From Catajapyx aquilonaris (taxonomy: Eukaryota): 42,029 bases of DNA. Both the position numbers and the translations under genes were made by a program. The DNA lies in the NCBI GenBank assembly GCA_000934665.2, contig JYFJ02003415.1, forward strand, positions 1 through 42,029, read 5' to 3'. Each line of letters begins with the position of its first letter. The first letter of the stretch is position 1. Below are positions 1 to 11,546 of this stretch, in pieces. The notes under the pieces are model-generated. The model had not been told where the DNA came from. It saw only the letters and a program-made list of their open reading frames with translations, and did no database searches.

Positions 1-1746
1 TTCGCTTCCATGCAAAATATTCTTGAGACATACGGTACGAGATGTTTGCGACCATTTTAGCAAGTTCCTTCCAGATAGTGACCAGCTTATTTACATCCCT
101 GTCGCATGTGTAGCGAAGAATGCGGCCAGGCTGGCACGACTCGCACGAAATTGCCGACTCTCAGGAATTCTGTTGTGTCACTTGAGCGGTGGTTGACAGC
201 TTCTTGAGAACAGCTGGTAATGAGGCTCCATGCCGTCTGAATGCCCTAAATGCCCAATATCGTCAGAAATTCCGCAGCGCGATAAGTGCGTTCAAGTGAT
301 ATTCTCCACAGTAAGGTAGCAGATCTGGAGCTCAAAATAGCCTCCTTCCTCGCAACTGGTTTATTGGCACATTGGTTTTGAAGGCACGCTTCATGGTCTT
401 TGTTGATTTCTTTCACAGGTGGCCCGTGACACTCGCGGTGTTGAGCCTGCTCCTGCTCTTCTGCGTGCTGCTCTTGGCCGGACTGATTCGTCATTCCAGA
501 TGCATCCTGATCACGTGAGTAGATGACACCTGAACATGTCAGGCCGGTTGGGGAAGGTATGAATGGTAAAGGGGGGTTCGGGCTCAAGATGGGTTGGGGA
601 GGTATGATTTCCCTCGAGGGTTGGACACGGAACGTGCCTACCCGACTCGAAAAGCCGGAAGTTGTTTTCGAATTCATGGAAACCACCTTTGTTCCTCTTG
701 CTTGGGGATGATCGTTGTCATGTCTTGAATTCTTGGCAAGTCCTCCAATCAATATCAGGGATGCTCGTCTTCTGGAATAACGAGCGACAATTAAAAAAAA
801 CTGTAGCGTGCACTGAAATATTAAAAGAGTGGTCACATTGGCCTGTCTGGTGGGGAACCGCTGCAAGATGGCTGAGAGAAAACCGATGAGTCACATCGGA
901 CGGTGCAATATTGATGGGCGCACTTCGGTGTACCAAAGTCGAAGAAGGAAAATTTCTTCTTTTTTTTTTCTCTGTAGGGTTTTGGCCCCTAGGCGTAGGT
1001 TTGGGGGAGCTCTCTGGAGGCCTTTCGTTGAGGGGTATTTCGCTCTTCCTAACTCTCCCTCTACATAATCAATATTTAGGGGTGTGGATGGGACCAGGGT
1101 GGGGGTGCTCCGTGGGAAAGGCAGTGGGAGGATGGCTGGAGCTACAGGGGGAGATGCGAGATTGGCGGGATGTCGGGATTTGCAGCTGCACCCACCCACC
1201 CCACCCAAAGCCTAAAAAAGTCTAGACACTATATGCTGTTTCTAGGCCTAGGATAGAGAGGGGTTGTTGGAGCGCAGGTCATTTGGGTTGCATGAAGCCC
1301 CCTGTGCCGGCTGATGTGGTCGCAGGGGAAGAGTAAACATAGTTGGTATTCCAATTTGAGCGGGGATGGCATGGAGAGTGGGTTGTATGTAACGTGTGGG
1401 GGGGGGGGGGGTGNGGTGTCTTGTAGCATTGAAGAAGTGTGCCTTATGGGGACTGGTGGAGGGAATTCTGAATGCGAGGATCAATGATTCAATTGTATGG
1501 CGGCTTAGAGCTAGGAGGGAGGAGGCATTGTGTTTGGGATAAAGAGGAGAGTTCATTGGAAAATGAATGCAATTCGTTAGGAACTCGCGTTTTCAATTCC
1601 TTGCAATTCGATTCGTGAATTGAAATGAATGGAAATAATTGGGAAATGAATTCAGCTTTCCGCGATTCAATTCCGTCCAGTTTGCCCGAATGGTGCAATT
1701 TGTCGATGCAATTTTCCGAATTGATTTGATTTCGACTATCACTGAT
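1..1746 (-). mobile_element. Probable retroelement fragment (5'UTR plus degraded ORF1-like region), antisense within a tweety intron, running off the window start
   Basis: CpG-rich block contrasting with the CpG-poor host intron that follows. It has a 206-aa minus-strand ORF (246-866) and another open stretch near the window start (RILRYTCDRDVNKLVTIWKELAKMVANISYRMSQEYFAWKR), a C-rich leader, GAATT-rich repeats at 1560-1740 and an Inr-like ATCAGT near 1746. No diagnostic domain recognised. Confidence 0.4.
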
Positions 1747-2056
1747 ATAAAGATAAGGAAATGTGTTATTTGTACGTTGTTGGAAAGGACAATAAATTGG
1801 ATTTCCAGAGTTTGCAGGAAGTGAGCTTTCACAAAAAAAATTGCTGATACAGATGGACGCTCAATTTTGACACACACAAGTAAAGGATTTGTTGAAGGAC
1901 CTTTTTTGCCATGGTATTTGGTGTGCGGGTGGACATGTATTAATGCAATTATGATTGCAATACTTAAATAAAGCACTTAGCATTTTTTAAATGAAACTGA
2001 AATGAAAGTGACAACTTCTTATATTGTCAGATAAGTAATTTCATGTTTTTTTTCAG

Positions 2057-2129
2057 ATTTTCCGTTTTTGGCTTGTTTGCAGTTATCTTAAACTGGTTAC
2101 TTGCTTCAGTTTATGTGGCTACTGCTGTG
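2057..2129 (+). CDS. tty: tweety/TTYH family membrane protein, internal exon (FSVFGLFAVILNWLLASVYVATAV)
   Basis: tttcag acceptor and gtaagt donor; hydrophobic TM segment that splices in frame to ALGDLCVSP, typical of the TTYH TM4 region. Confidence 0.9.
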
Positions 2130-2221
2130 GTAAGTTTAGCATTAGTCATCATGACACTTCATTTTAGCACCTTAATATTTTTATAATGTTGTGTATGGTT
2201 CTGATTATGATTTCATCCTAG

Positions 2222-2440
2222 GCATTAGGTGACTTGTGCGTGTCACCAAATCCTTTCATCGAAAGTCAGCTGAATTCTACAATGGGACAAGACATTCTCG
2301 AGTACTACCTAGAATGCAGGAGGGGACTCAGGAACCCTTTTGATCAATCATTGCATGATGGGCAGAAGTCAGTGGATGCAGTGAAGAAGACATTGGAAAT
2401 GGTCAAGAAGATAGCAGAGGAATTGTACCCACCACAAGAT
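2222..2440 (+). CDS. tty: tweety exon (ALGDLCVSPNPF...YYLEC...NPFDQSL...LYPPQD)
   Basis: cctag acceptor and gtaaga donor, 219 bp; contains the TTYH-typical D[LF]CxxP, YYLxC and NPF motifs. Confidence 0.93.
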
Positions 2441-3612
2441 GTAAGAACATGATTTTAATGGGAAAGTAATGCAATGTGAGCCCACCAACACTGATTAAAG
2501 CTAAGATCGGTTTGGAGATGTTCATTAAGTGTCTGGGCTAATCATGCCATGCACAGCTTTTCAATGCCAAGCTACGTCAAAAGCAGATGCTTAACTTTTC
2601 ACCATATTGAGAAACCTGTTGCTGCACCAATGTTGTTCTCGTGAAAAGAAATGCCTGGCCATGCCTCATAGATTCTGATATAATTGTGGTGCAAGTGAGG
2701 AATATTTGGTATGATCATTATTAGTACTGGTACTTCTGCATGTGAAATGTGATTTTCTTTACAGCCACATGCTTGGCGCAAGTGGCAGGTGACAGGCCAA
2801 GGCTTACAAGGCTGAAAAGGCCTTTGACTAGGGTTGGCTTCTGTGTGAAGGCTTATTTTAAGCCATGAGAATTAGCTATGAGCACACCAAAGCTGATGTG
2901 GTTTTAACAATCCATAGTTCAAGGAGATGTGTTCCTTTCATGAAATGTATGCAAAAGAGGGATGAAATATTATACATAATTGCTTCTATAAAGGTGCAGT
3001 TACACACACTTTTCCATCCAAGTTGGTGGAGCCTAACAGTTTGACTCAGCAGTAGGTTTTGGGATAGACCATCCAAGCTCCCTTCAATGTCCAAAGTTGC
3101 TTTGATAGCTGTGTCAAAGTAGAGTTTACACACAGCAGTGACAGCACTGCAATGCTACAAGTACCTTACAAGTATGCCCATTTGCAGGAGGACTTATGCA
3201 GCTGCTGCAACTATCTATGAGTCAGCATTCATATTAATTTATTTATTTCATGTGATTTTGAATTGAAATGTGCTGCTTTTACTGTATGTGAGATCATTTT
3301 AATACCCAGTGGTGCAAAGCTTAGCTCAAATTTGTGTAAACTGTACATGAAAGTCTAACAAGTGCTCACATTATACTCCCTTCTACTTCCTATCTTCTAA
3401 TGTGCTGAGGAGTTATGCACACAATTGGAAAGGTCATTAAAGTCACTTGAAACTAAGGCAACTGATACAAGTGTCCATTAATTTCTGCCTTAGTGGATCT
3501 GAGCTTCCTTTTGAGTTTTGTTCCACTCCAGAGTATTCAATCTAGTCTGTGTGAAATCTTCTAATACTTGTACCATGGGTAAAATTAGTTTCTTTTTTCC
3601 CCCCCTCCCCAG

Positions 3613-3752
3613 TTGCACCCAACAGTGGACAGGATAGCACAAGCTATTGACTCAACAGACACAACCATAACTGGACTCGCTGCAGTTTTAGAATGCACTT
3701 CTCTCAACAAGCTGTACAACAAGGCTCTGTACAGTGTCTGTGATCTTGGACT
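3613..3752 (+). CDS. tty: tweety exon (LHPTVDRIAQ...LAAVLECTSLNKLYNKALYSVCDLG)
   Basis: Polypyrimidine tract plus ccag acceptor, gtaggt donor (phase 2); conserved C...Y..AL..xC.xG pattern of TTYH extracellular domain 2. Confidence 0.9.
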
Positions 3753-3782
3753 GTAGGTATCTGTGAGTTACTGTAGCTGTAA

Positions 3783-3997
3783 AGCGGAGTTCAGACGAGG
3801 CCACTTCGTTGCAGCAACGTGGCTGCAACCTGGTTGCATGCAACCTGAAATACACGGAGAGAATAGGAAGTTGCAGCAACCCAAAAAACGCTGCAACTTT
3901 TTTGCAACCAGGGGCTGCAACCAGGTTCCTATTCTCTCCGTGTATTTCAGGTTGCAGCCATGTTGCTGCAACCAAGTTGCCTCGTCTGAATGCCGCT
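3783..3997. mobile_element. PIF/Harbinger-like palindromic MITE
   Basis: TIRs agcggagttcagacgaggc / gcctcgtctgaatgccgct; TAA duplicated at 3780-3782 and 3998-4000; internal GCAAC/GTTGC repeats. Confidence 0.85.
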
Positions 3998-4618
3998 TAA
4001 TATACACTGAATTGAAAAGCTGAAGTTGTTAACTGCAGATGGAAGAGTTTATTAATAAGCTGCTGTTGTAATTTGAGTTATTAAGGTAGATTTATTTTAA
4101 GTACAAAACTGTGAAGTAAGTTAGGGGATGACTCACTGTGTAACCATGACGAGGCAAATAGTACTAGGTACAACGAAAAAAGGCAGAAAATCCAATAATT
4201 ATATATTTCTTGTGGCATAGAAATGTGAGAACTAGGCAGCATCACCTGTCCTAAATGTGCATCACAATGTATTACTGATTCAACCAAAGAATGGTACTGA
4301 CATGGCAATGGGGAACAAAGAATTTCAACGGTGAAGCTAACAATGAAAGGCTCATGGTGTCATTACCATTCTCTGGTTGGAGTAGTAATACAGTACATTC
4401 CGCAGATCACATGGCATCTGGGTGAAAACTCTTTATTTACAAGTAGTTTATTTCCAAGTATGGCCAGAGAGAATTTTTTTTACTAATGTTAGGCTTGTCC
4501 ATGTTTTGTTTGCATGTGCTTTCCAAAGGGTACACCGTAAGCAATTAATGCTAGGTCATACTAACAACAACTGTTAACCTAAAGTTATACCACATGATAG
4601 TAAATATTGCCCAGCCTG

Positions 4619-4750
4619 GGGGTGGATTCATCAAGTGCTGTAAGTCAAATTTCCATCGTTACTGGTCTTAACCATGGTTAATTATTAGGAACTGTGGTTA
4701 CTACCGGTTACGATGAAAATTTGACTTAGGACGTGTGATGAATCCACCCC
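4619..4750. mobile_element. Short palindromic MITE with CTG target duplication (Harbinger-like)
   Basis: ggggtggattcatca / tgatgaatccacccc TIRs, internal taagtcaaatttccatcgt / acgatgaaaatttgactta, and CTG on both sides. Confidence 0.75.
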
Positions 4751-5330
4751 CTGATTTGTTGACTTCAATCCAACCACTTATTTGTATTGTAAAGGGTAAG
4801 TCTCATACAATGAATGCCAAAAAAATGCATTGTAGTTGCACTGAAACTGAATATCTGAAAGAAATGAACTCACCAGCCAATGCAAGATTCATCAAAGGGA
4901 TAGAAGTCATGGATCTGCTCGGATTTGAGGAGCAGTCACACCGAAACTCAAAGAGTCTCACTGCACAATGAATGATGCAAGTTCAAAGCAGTCTTGCTTC
5001 AACTTACCAGATACTGTGATGCCTATTTATAGCAGAATTGCACCGTTTTCCAAAAATTTCTGTATTAGACAAGTTTGCACCATATCCAGGGTCTGCCATA
5101 AGCAAGTTTCACTGTACAGAGTAATGAATGAAGCCTACCCCAGGTTGATTCATACTTATCTCAAATATGAAAATAGCAGGCCAGGTCTTGTGTTGGTATG
5201 AGCATTATAAGTTCTACCTGCATTTTCAATAATGTTTTTTTTTACAATCCTGCCAATCTGATGCAGTTTACACATCAGCAGGGCATTCCAGAAGCGATTT
5301 CAACTGATGACAGACTTCCTTGTTACCTGT

Positions 5331-5331
<1 letters not shown>

Positions 5332-5387
<56 letters not shown>
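5332..5387. repeat. (TAA)n microsatellite, possibly the tail of a decayed minus-strand SINE extending to about 5635
   Basis: Perfect trinucleotide run; B-box-like gggatttgaac (reverse complement gttcaaatccc) at 5621-5631. Confidence 0.85.
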
Positions 5388-5390
<3 letters not shown>

Positions 5391-6032
5391 GGGTTTTGTT
5401 TTTCACCTTTCCTGCACAGCACAGACTTTTATCGTTACGAGATTTATACAATTGCTGAAATTGGGGAAGGTTTCCATGGGAGGGTGCTCCTGGACAGTTT
5501 TCAAGTCATTTGGACCACTGGTAATGCCAGACCTTTTTCATGGCTCTGGTCAGAGAAGGGAGTCCAGTCTGTCTGGTAGAAAAGTGGAAAAAGACCCGAC
5601 CAAGTGAAGGTGATGGGGATGGGATTTGAACTTTTTTAGGTACTAACATCCCACTCATTCATTATGTGATGAGCATTTACTCAACTTGCTCAACTTCTGT
5701 TATTCAAAGCTAATTTTACTCATTAAATTAATCCTCTATAAAGGATCAAATTATATTTTTGTCCAAGATGTTCTTAGTTGGGAACATGATAGCATTTGAA
5801 TGTTTTGTCAGGTTTGAAGGAGTCAGCAAGTTGTTCTACCTAATGATGTTGATGCAGTTAAAAATTTATGGGATGTGGTATTTTAGTGTAATTTGACTAG
5901 CCTCATGATAACATTGTAAGATAATCTAGGTCAATACCATTTCAAGCTCATAATGGTATGGACTTGCATGAAAGGCAGCTTGCTGTTTTGCAAGTTGTAC
6001 ACTCAACCCTCTCCACTGCAACCTATTTGCAG

Positions 6033-6134
6033 ATATGGACTAACCTTCATGTTGCTGTCGGCTGCTGCATCGGGTTTACTGTACACAATTCTCGTCTGGA
6101 TAGATTCTCACACCTGGATCTACATTCGCAAGAA
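6033..6134 (+). CDS. tty: tweety exon, last TM helix (YGLTFMLLSAAASGLLYTILVWIDSHTWIYIRK)
   Basis: ttgcag acceptor, gtgggt donor, phase 2/2; VWxDSHTWIYIRK is characteristic of insect tweety. Confidence 0.95.
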
Positions 6135-6325
6135 GTGGGTTGTTAACACTACTACATGCTTTTCACTGAAATAATTAAAGAGTAACCATGAAACTAATGG
6201 AATAATCACAAGAATTGAATAGTGTATTCTGAAATGCAATGTGAAAAATAATGCATGAAGCATGAAAGGCTCAGGTCAGGCCATTGGTGTTGGTTCATCC
6301 AGTAATTGATAATATATTCTTGCAG

Positions 6326-6478
6326 GAAAGTCCAGACGCAAGAGGAAGAGCGTGATCCTTTCCTGCCGCCGTCTTCCTCCATGAACAGTCGTCGGAGTCA
6401 AGGGTCGTATGGCAGTACGGGGTATCGCCCTCGTCATGCCCACACCCCTCCTCCCACTCCGCCCTTTCCCGGCACGCT
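6326..6478 (+). CDS. tty: tweety exon, cytoplasmic tail (KVQTQEEERDPFLPP...HTPPPTPPFPGT)
   Basis: ttgcag acceptor, gtacgt donor, phase-compatible on both sides; GC-rich coding composition. Confidence 0.88.
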
Positions 6479-7042
6479 GTACGTTGACTGCTCTTTTGCA
6501 TGGACAGATAAGCATGAGCCTAGTTAGCTGGTAGACAATCATAGCATTAATTTCATTGAGCTCTAACACTTGTGTTTCCATTTTAAAATGGGAACACAAG
6601 TTTGACTCTTCACTAGCTAGAAGCTACTGTAGAGTAAAACAAGGGCTTAAGCCAAGGGGCTTGTTGGCTAGCTAGATTATAAGATTAGCTCTCCAACTTT
6701 TTGGGTCACTCTGACTCTGTATTTGCGGGCACAATTTAACTTACAGTTTCATTTTAAAGCCAATTAGGACTGCTGGTAAAGTGCCCTTTGCATTTAACTT
6801 GAGTTGCCTACAAATACTCTGATCAGCACCAAGTGCAGCTGAATATCAATTTGAAGCAAAATAGTAAAGGACAGCTCTGGAACTGCTGCCTTTGTGAAGG
6901 AATTGTTTTGATTGCGCAAAATTGCTTAGACAGTTGATGCCAGTAGGTAATTTTGTTTCTTCTTGTTTTTTGTAAATCGAAATTGTTTTTGTACTGTAAC
7001 TTCACATGATTATATTCTATAGTTCACCCATAATGATAACTA

Positions 7043-8259
7043 CGAGGGCGAATCGAAAAGTAATTGACTGACTGTTTTATTTCCGAAGCTTCACGACTGA
7101 AACTGAAACTGACACCATCCATTGTAGATGGAATTGCTGAATGAAAGTTGGCCAAATAATATAGGCAGATAAGTTATTAACTAAAATGCAAACAGTTTCG
7201 TCATAGCGCTACAAGGTTAAAAGTTATGACCTATCAATGTCAGCCGGGACAGCTCAACTAAGCGGGAAGGGTAAAGCGCTGGCAGATGAAAAGAAGCATA
7301 GAAAATGAGCACTTATGCATGTTTGTAATTATATGTTCAAAACAAAACACATTTGTACAATGAGCATATATCATAAACGACTAGTTCCTGCATTGCAGGC
7401 ATGTATCATTTGGACTACTACTCGAGTCGAAGCTGAATTCAGAAGCTGTTTGGAATGCATCAGGCCTTTCTTCCAAATAGTCAGCTTTGTAAAAGGCGTA
7501 CTTAATTAAGTTAACAAACCGAGGGGCTGAAAACTGAAAATGAGTCTGCTTATTTGAGTGTGATATCTGAAACTTCGCTCCTAATAGGTAAGCTATCCGG
7601 GCTTGAGAGGTCATAACTTTGGACGTTGTAGCGTTGTGCTGAAACGGTTTGCATTTTGGTTAATAACTTACCTGCCTCTATTATTGTGCCAAGTTTCATT
7701 CAGCAACTCCTCCTACAATGGATGACCTTCCCTTGTAAGATATACATATGATAGGGCAATCCTTTCTCTAATTTTAGACATAGTCATCATACACTTTGGT
7801 GCATTTGTCCAAGAGGGACACTAACTCTTCCGTGTCACTGCAGAAAAAAGCGCCAGGCTGGCTGGGAAGCCAAGGGCAGACACCCTCTTTCACTTCCTCT
7901 AGGTCGCTGAAGTCTTAACAAGCCAGTGCTTCTTTCTTGGTCCAAAGATATGGTAGACCAAGGTCAGGCCATGATTTTGTACCACTGAAGAAGCACCTGG
8001 CCAGTCAACACTTCAGCGACAGCGGGGAAATGAAACAGGCTATCCGCCACTGGTTTCCCAGCCAGCCGGACCCTTTTTTCTGCAGTGGCATGGAAAAACT
8101 AGTGTCCCGCTGGGACAAGTGCATCAATGTGTATGGTGATTATGTCTAAAATTAGAGAAAGGCTTGCCCTATGATGTCATTATGTATATGTCAGTTTCAG
8201 TTTCAGTAGTAAATCTTCGGAAATGAAAAAGTTGTCAATTACTTTTTCATTCACCCTCA
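7043..8259. mobile_element. Mariner-derived non-autonomous element built from two inverted 3' ends, interrupted by a nested MITE
   Basis: TA-cgagggcgaatcgaaaagtaattgac ... gtcaattactttttcattcaccctca-TA. Transposase C-terminus PLKKHL...KLVSRWDKCINVYGDYV* on + (about 7980-8149), with a diverged reverse-complement copy at about 7740-7945. Confidence 0.88.
7116..7739. mobile_element. Long-TIR MITE nested in the mariner element
   Basis: About 120-bp imperfect inverted repeats (7116-7237 vs about 7603-7724); the right end ccttcccttgtaag has no left counterpart. Removing it restores the mariner left arm. Confidence 0.8.
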
Positions 8260-9368
8260 TATATGCTTTGAATTTGGCATGACTCTGAAGCTATTGCTGT
8301 ACCTTTATGATGACATCTAGCAGCTTATTTCATGGTGGATTTGCTGTAGTAGTACCAGCAGTCCTCATTATATGCCCATCTATTGCATTTCTCTGTGGCA
8401 TTGCCCAGTTTTAATGACCAATAACACATGCTAAACATTTCCCAGATTCACTTTAAAATTGTTTTTACTGGCATGTTTTGGTTTTTAGTACTGATGAGTT
8501 TTGCCTATGTTCCTGCCTGAATTTTCTACATTCAAATTGTTTCTGCATTTTTTGTGTACCTGTCACCAAAAGTTGGCAAAACTGATAATAATCAGTGTGT
8601 TTGTTTGTCCAGAGTGAGTCATCACCTCAACTCAGCCACCACCATCAACCTGCCCACGTAGTACAACTACCCCCCCATCGGTGATGCATCTTCCCTCTCA
8701 CCACACTCCTGCCACTGTGAGGGTTGTGCGAGAGGTAGTGGTACTATGTGGACAGATTGGTGGTGGTGGTGGCGGAGGTGGCGGCAAAGTTGAGGTGATG
8801 ACCCACCCCAAACAAACAGACCAACGGCCAATTAGAAACTTTGGGGACATGTCTCAGACTTTCTCTGCTACGTATCTTTTCACTACAATTCCATTTTTTA
8901 GATGCAGATCTTAAATATAATGAGGACTGCGTGGATAGATGTAGGAATTATGTGAAGACCAACTTGCCATGCTCAAGTCAAGTTAACAAATGAGACAATT
9001 GATCTGTTCATTGTAACTTTTAATCTACTCTTCAACTGTCTATTGACATCATCCAAAAGAGGATTAAGATAATTAACTATTACTATCACTTCATTGTGAA
9101 GCAGGTTTAACTCATATGGAAGGTGACAGTGACAGACAGCTAAGTAAATGTGTGTATGAATGTTGTATTAGCGTGTATGCTACATTGAGTTTGTCATGGC
9201 TCATTTACTTTCATTTTTGGTTACTGCATGACATGGTTCATTGATGAAAAGTGCCTATACAATAGTTCAGGAAAAGGCAGAAGTGTTACAACAATAGTGC
9301 ATAAATGTGCATAATGAATAAGTGCGTCATCTTAGTTTTACCTACCTTATTAATTATACATCATGGTA

Positions 9369-9468
9369 CTATATCGCTCAAAAAGATAGAGACGATTGGC
9401 ATTTGATTCAAGTGCAAGTTGCACTTGAGTCAAATGCAAAATCGTCTCTATCTTTTTGGGCGATATAG
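9369..9468. mobile_element. 100-bp near-perfect palindrome flanked by TA (tiny Tc1/mariner-type MITE)
   Basis: ctatatcgctcaaaaagatagagacgatt...tgcaa g ttgca...aatcgtctctatctttttgggcgatatag, with TA on both sides. Confidence 0.75.
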
Positions 9469-9716
9469 TACATGATCGTGTATCCTGCATTGTCAGTGTG
9501 TAAGGAACATGATCTTAGTGTTTTAAGTTGGAATTTTCTTTAAAAATAATGAGCTGTTATGAAGTCTTATCACCGTCAACCATAAACTTAATGAATGAGA
9601 ATGCACGAAAGACAGTCTCAGGGTGATCATAAAGCAGATGTGGTCTCTTGAGACGTTTCAGCAAATAACTGTAAATAATGTCTTGCAGTCATCAGTATAA
9701 GTGTTGTGAATTGAAA

Positions 9717-9720
<4 letters not shown>

Positions 9721-9754
<34 letters not shown>

Positions 9755-9812
9755 AATAATAAATAATTAATAATAATAATAATAATCCTAACAATAACGA
9801 CAGCAATAACAG
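9721..9812. repeat. Compound (CAA)n/(AAT)n microsatellite
   Basis: Directly visible. Confidence 0.9.
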
Positions 9813-11398
9813 CATTAATACTGTAGCAACTATAATCATTCTACTGTATTTAGTCCCAAGGGGTATTGGCCCCTTAGGGAAGCTCTTGAAGGTTCAGCGC
9901 TAGAAAAAAACTGCCTTGTACCCCCCAAGCAGTGCCAGGTGGCCAGGCAAGCAGGTGCATAGTGGAAGCGTGCATGGATCAAGTTGTGAACATACATGCT
10001 TCCTCGTGCATGGGAGTTGCTTACCTGGGTACAAGACAGTTTTTTTTTTTTTTTCCAGCACTGTTCAAGTAAAATATAACTCCAGGCATGTATGTCAGTT
10101 GATGTGCTATAGGTAACCTGCTATCATATTTAATATTTCTTCATATTGTGTTACATACTTCTGGGTGTGAAACCAGACTGATGGCTTTTGTGTAGTTAAT
10201 TTCAGAATGCTTAAGCAAAGCAAAGTTTGCCAGTATTTTGCCTGTAAGTTAACAAGGGAAGCTCTAAGACTAATGTAAATGCACTGCACTCAATGTAATT
10301 GCACTGCAAATCAGAATGTAGGTAGAGTTGACATTATTGCTCTCTAGCATAATTACAACATGCCAAATGTATGAATCACCAGAAACAGTGTGTAATCTTT
10401 GCCTAATGTGAGATCTGCACCTGGTGCCATGACTGCCCTGTTCTTGGGCAGATATTAAACACACATCCTCATCCAGCTTCTTGATTAGCATTCCAACATT
10501 TGTCCAGTGTTAATCATGTGAAATAAGAGAAGCCCATGATGCAATGTCAGTTTCTGAATGAAGGCCATTGGAAAGGTTCATGTGTCCTAGAAGTAATCTT
10601 GTTTCATTTTGACTGTGTCGCTGATAATTAGCAATGGCATGCATTTTAGTCTGCAGTATTACATAATTTATTCATTTTTACTACTGGTATCTATTTAGTT
10701 TCTTATTTGTTTTATTATTACCATGAACTTGCTTTCCTGTTATCTGCAGAGGAATGTGTGTTATGTCAAGCTACCGTAGGTTATACTGTTCACTTGCAGA
10801 CATATTTTTTTCAGTTGTTGCATGAGTTGGGTAAAACTCTATATGTGGAATTCCTAGCTTCCCTCCTTACCCAGTCCTTTATCACACCATGACATTTGCC
10901 TAGCACAAATCGATATGCCAACTGATACAGTAATTTTCTAAAGCCAGTAGACTGAACAAATTTTATGTAAAAACTTGCTCTTGGAAAATGAAAGCCACAT
11001 GTCAGTTTCAGCAACAAGGTGTGTGATGAAAGTTTGAATAACTTTTGATATGTTACTGATTGTCTTTCAACAGTAGAAAAACTCAGTGCCAGTAGAGAGC
11101 AGTGATTGGGACTCAGTTGTCTAAATAGAGGAAAATGAAAAGAGGAACTTTCTTGTTTTTGCTGGAACATAGAAAAATTACATTTCCAATGTGGCTCTAT
11201 TTACATTTGTTGAAAACATCACGCTTCATCTGTACCCCTACAGGTATTTTGTGGAATCTTCAATTGAATCTAGTAATTCAAGCTCAGAAATGGTATTAAT
11301 TGGCATAAAGACAATTAAACAATACATCTAGCCTGCCTTCACAATTCGTAAATTTCCTAGGGCTGCTCAATGTTCCCTTTCTGTGTGACCCCTTGCAG

Positions 11399-11546
11399 AA
11401 ATGGCCGTCTCTCTCGAGAGGAAAAGCCCTACGCCCACCCCCATGGCTCCCGAGATGGGCCTCCCCCAATGCTTGGACCCAACAATGGGCAGTACCCGAC
11501 TCTGAGCAAGCAGTGCAAGACGCTCGAATCCTCGGATTTCTACTGA
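11399..11546 (+). CDS. tty: tweety terminal coding exon (NGRLSREEKPY...GPNNGQYPTLSKQCKTLESSDFY*)
   Basis: ccttgcag acceptor; phase 2 joins CT|A = Leu; ends in TGA. TLSKQCKTLESxDFY matches the insect tweety C-terminus as I recall it. Confidence 0.9.

Noticed and set aside
3688..4023. Four overlapping ORFs with mirrored peptides
   Set aside because: They are by-products of the palindromic MITE at 3783-3997.
5198..5579. Poly-N and poly-I ORFs (also poly-C/L at 9627-9839)
   Set aside because: They are translations of microsatellites.
5812..5877. Possible mutually exclusive tweety exon (FEGVSKLFYLMMLMQLKIYGM) between gtcag and gtattt
   Set aside because: Phase-compatible, but shorter than the 6033 exon, lacking the DSHTW motif and with weak splice signals; no support without RNA data.
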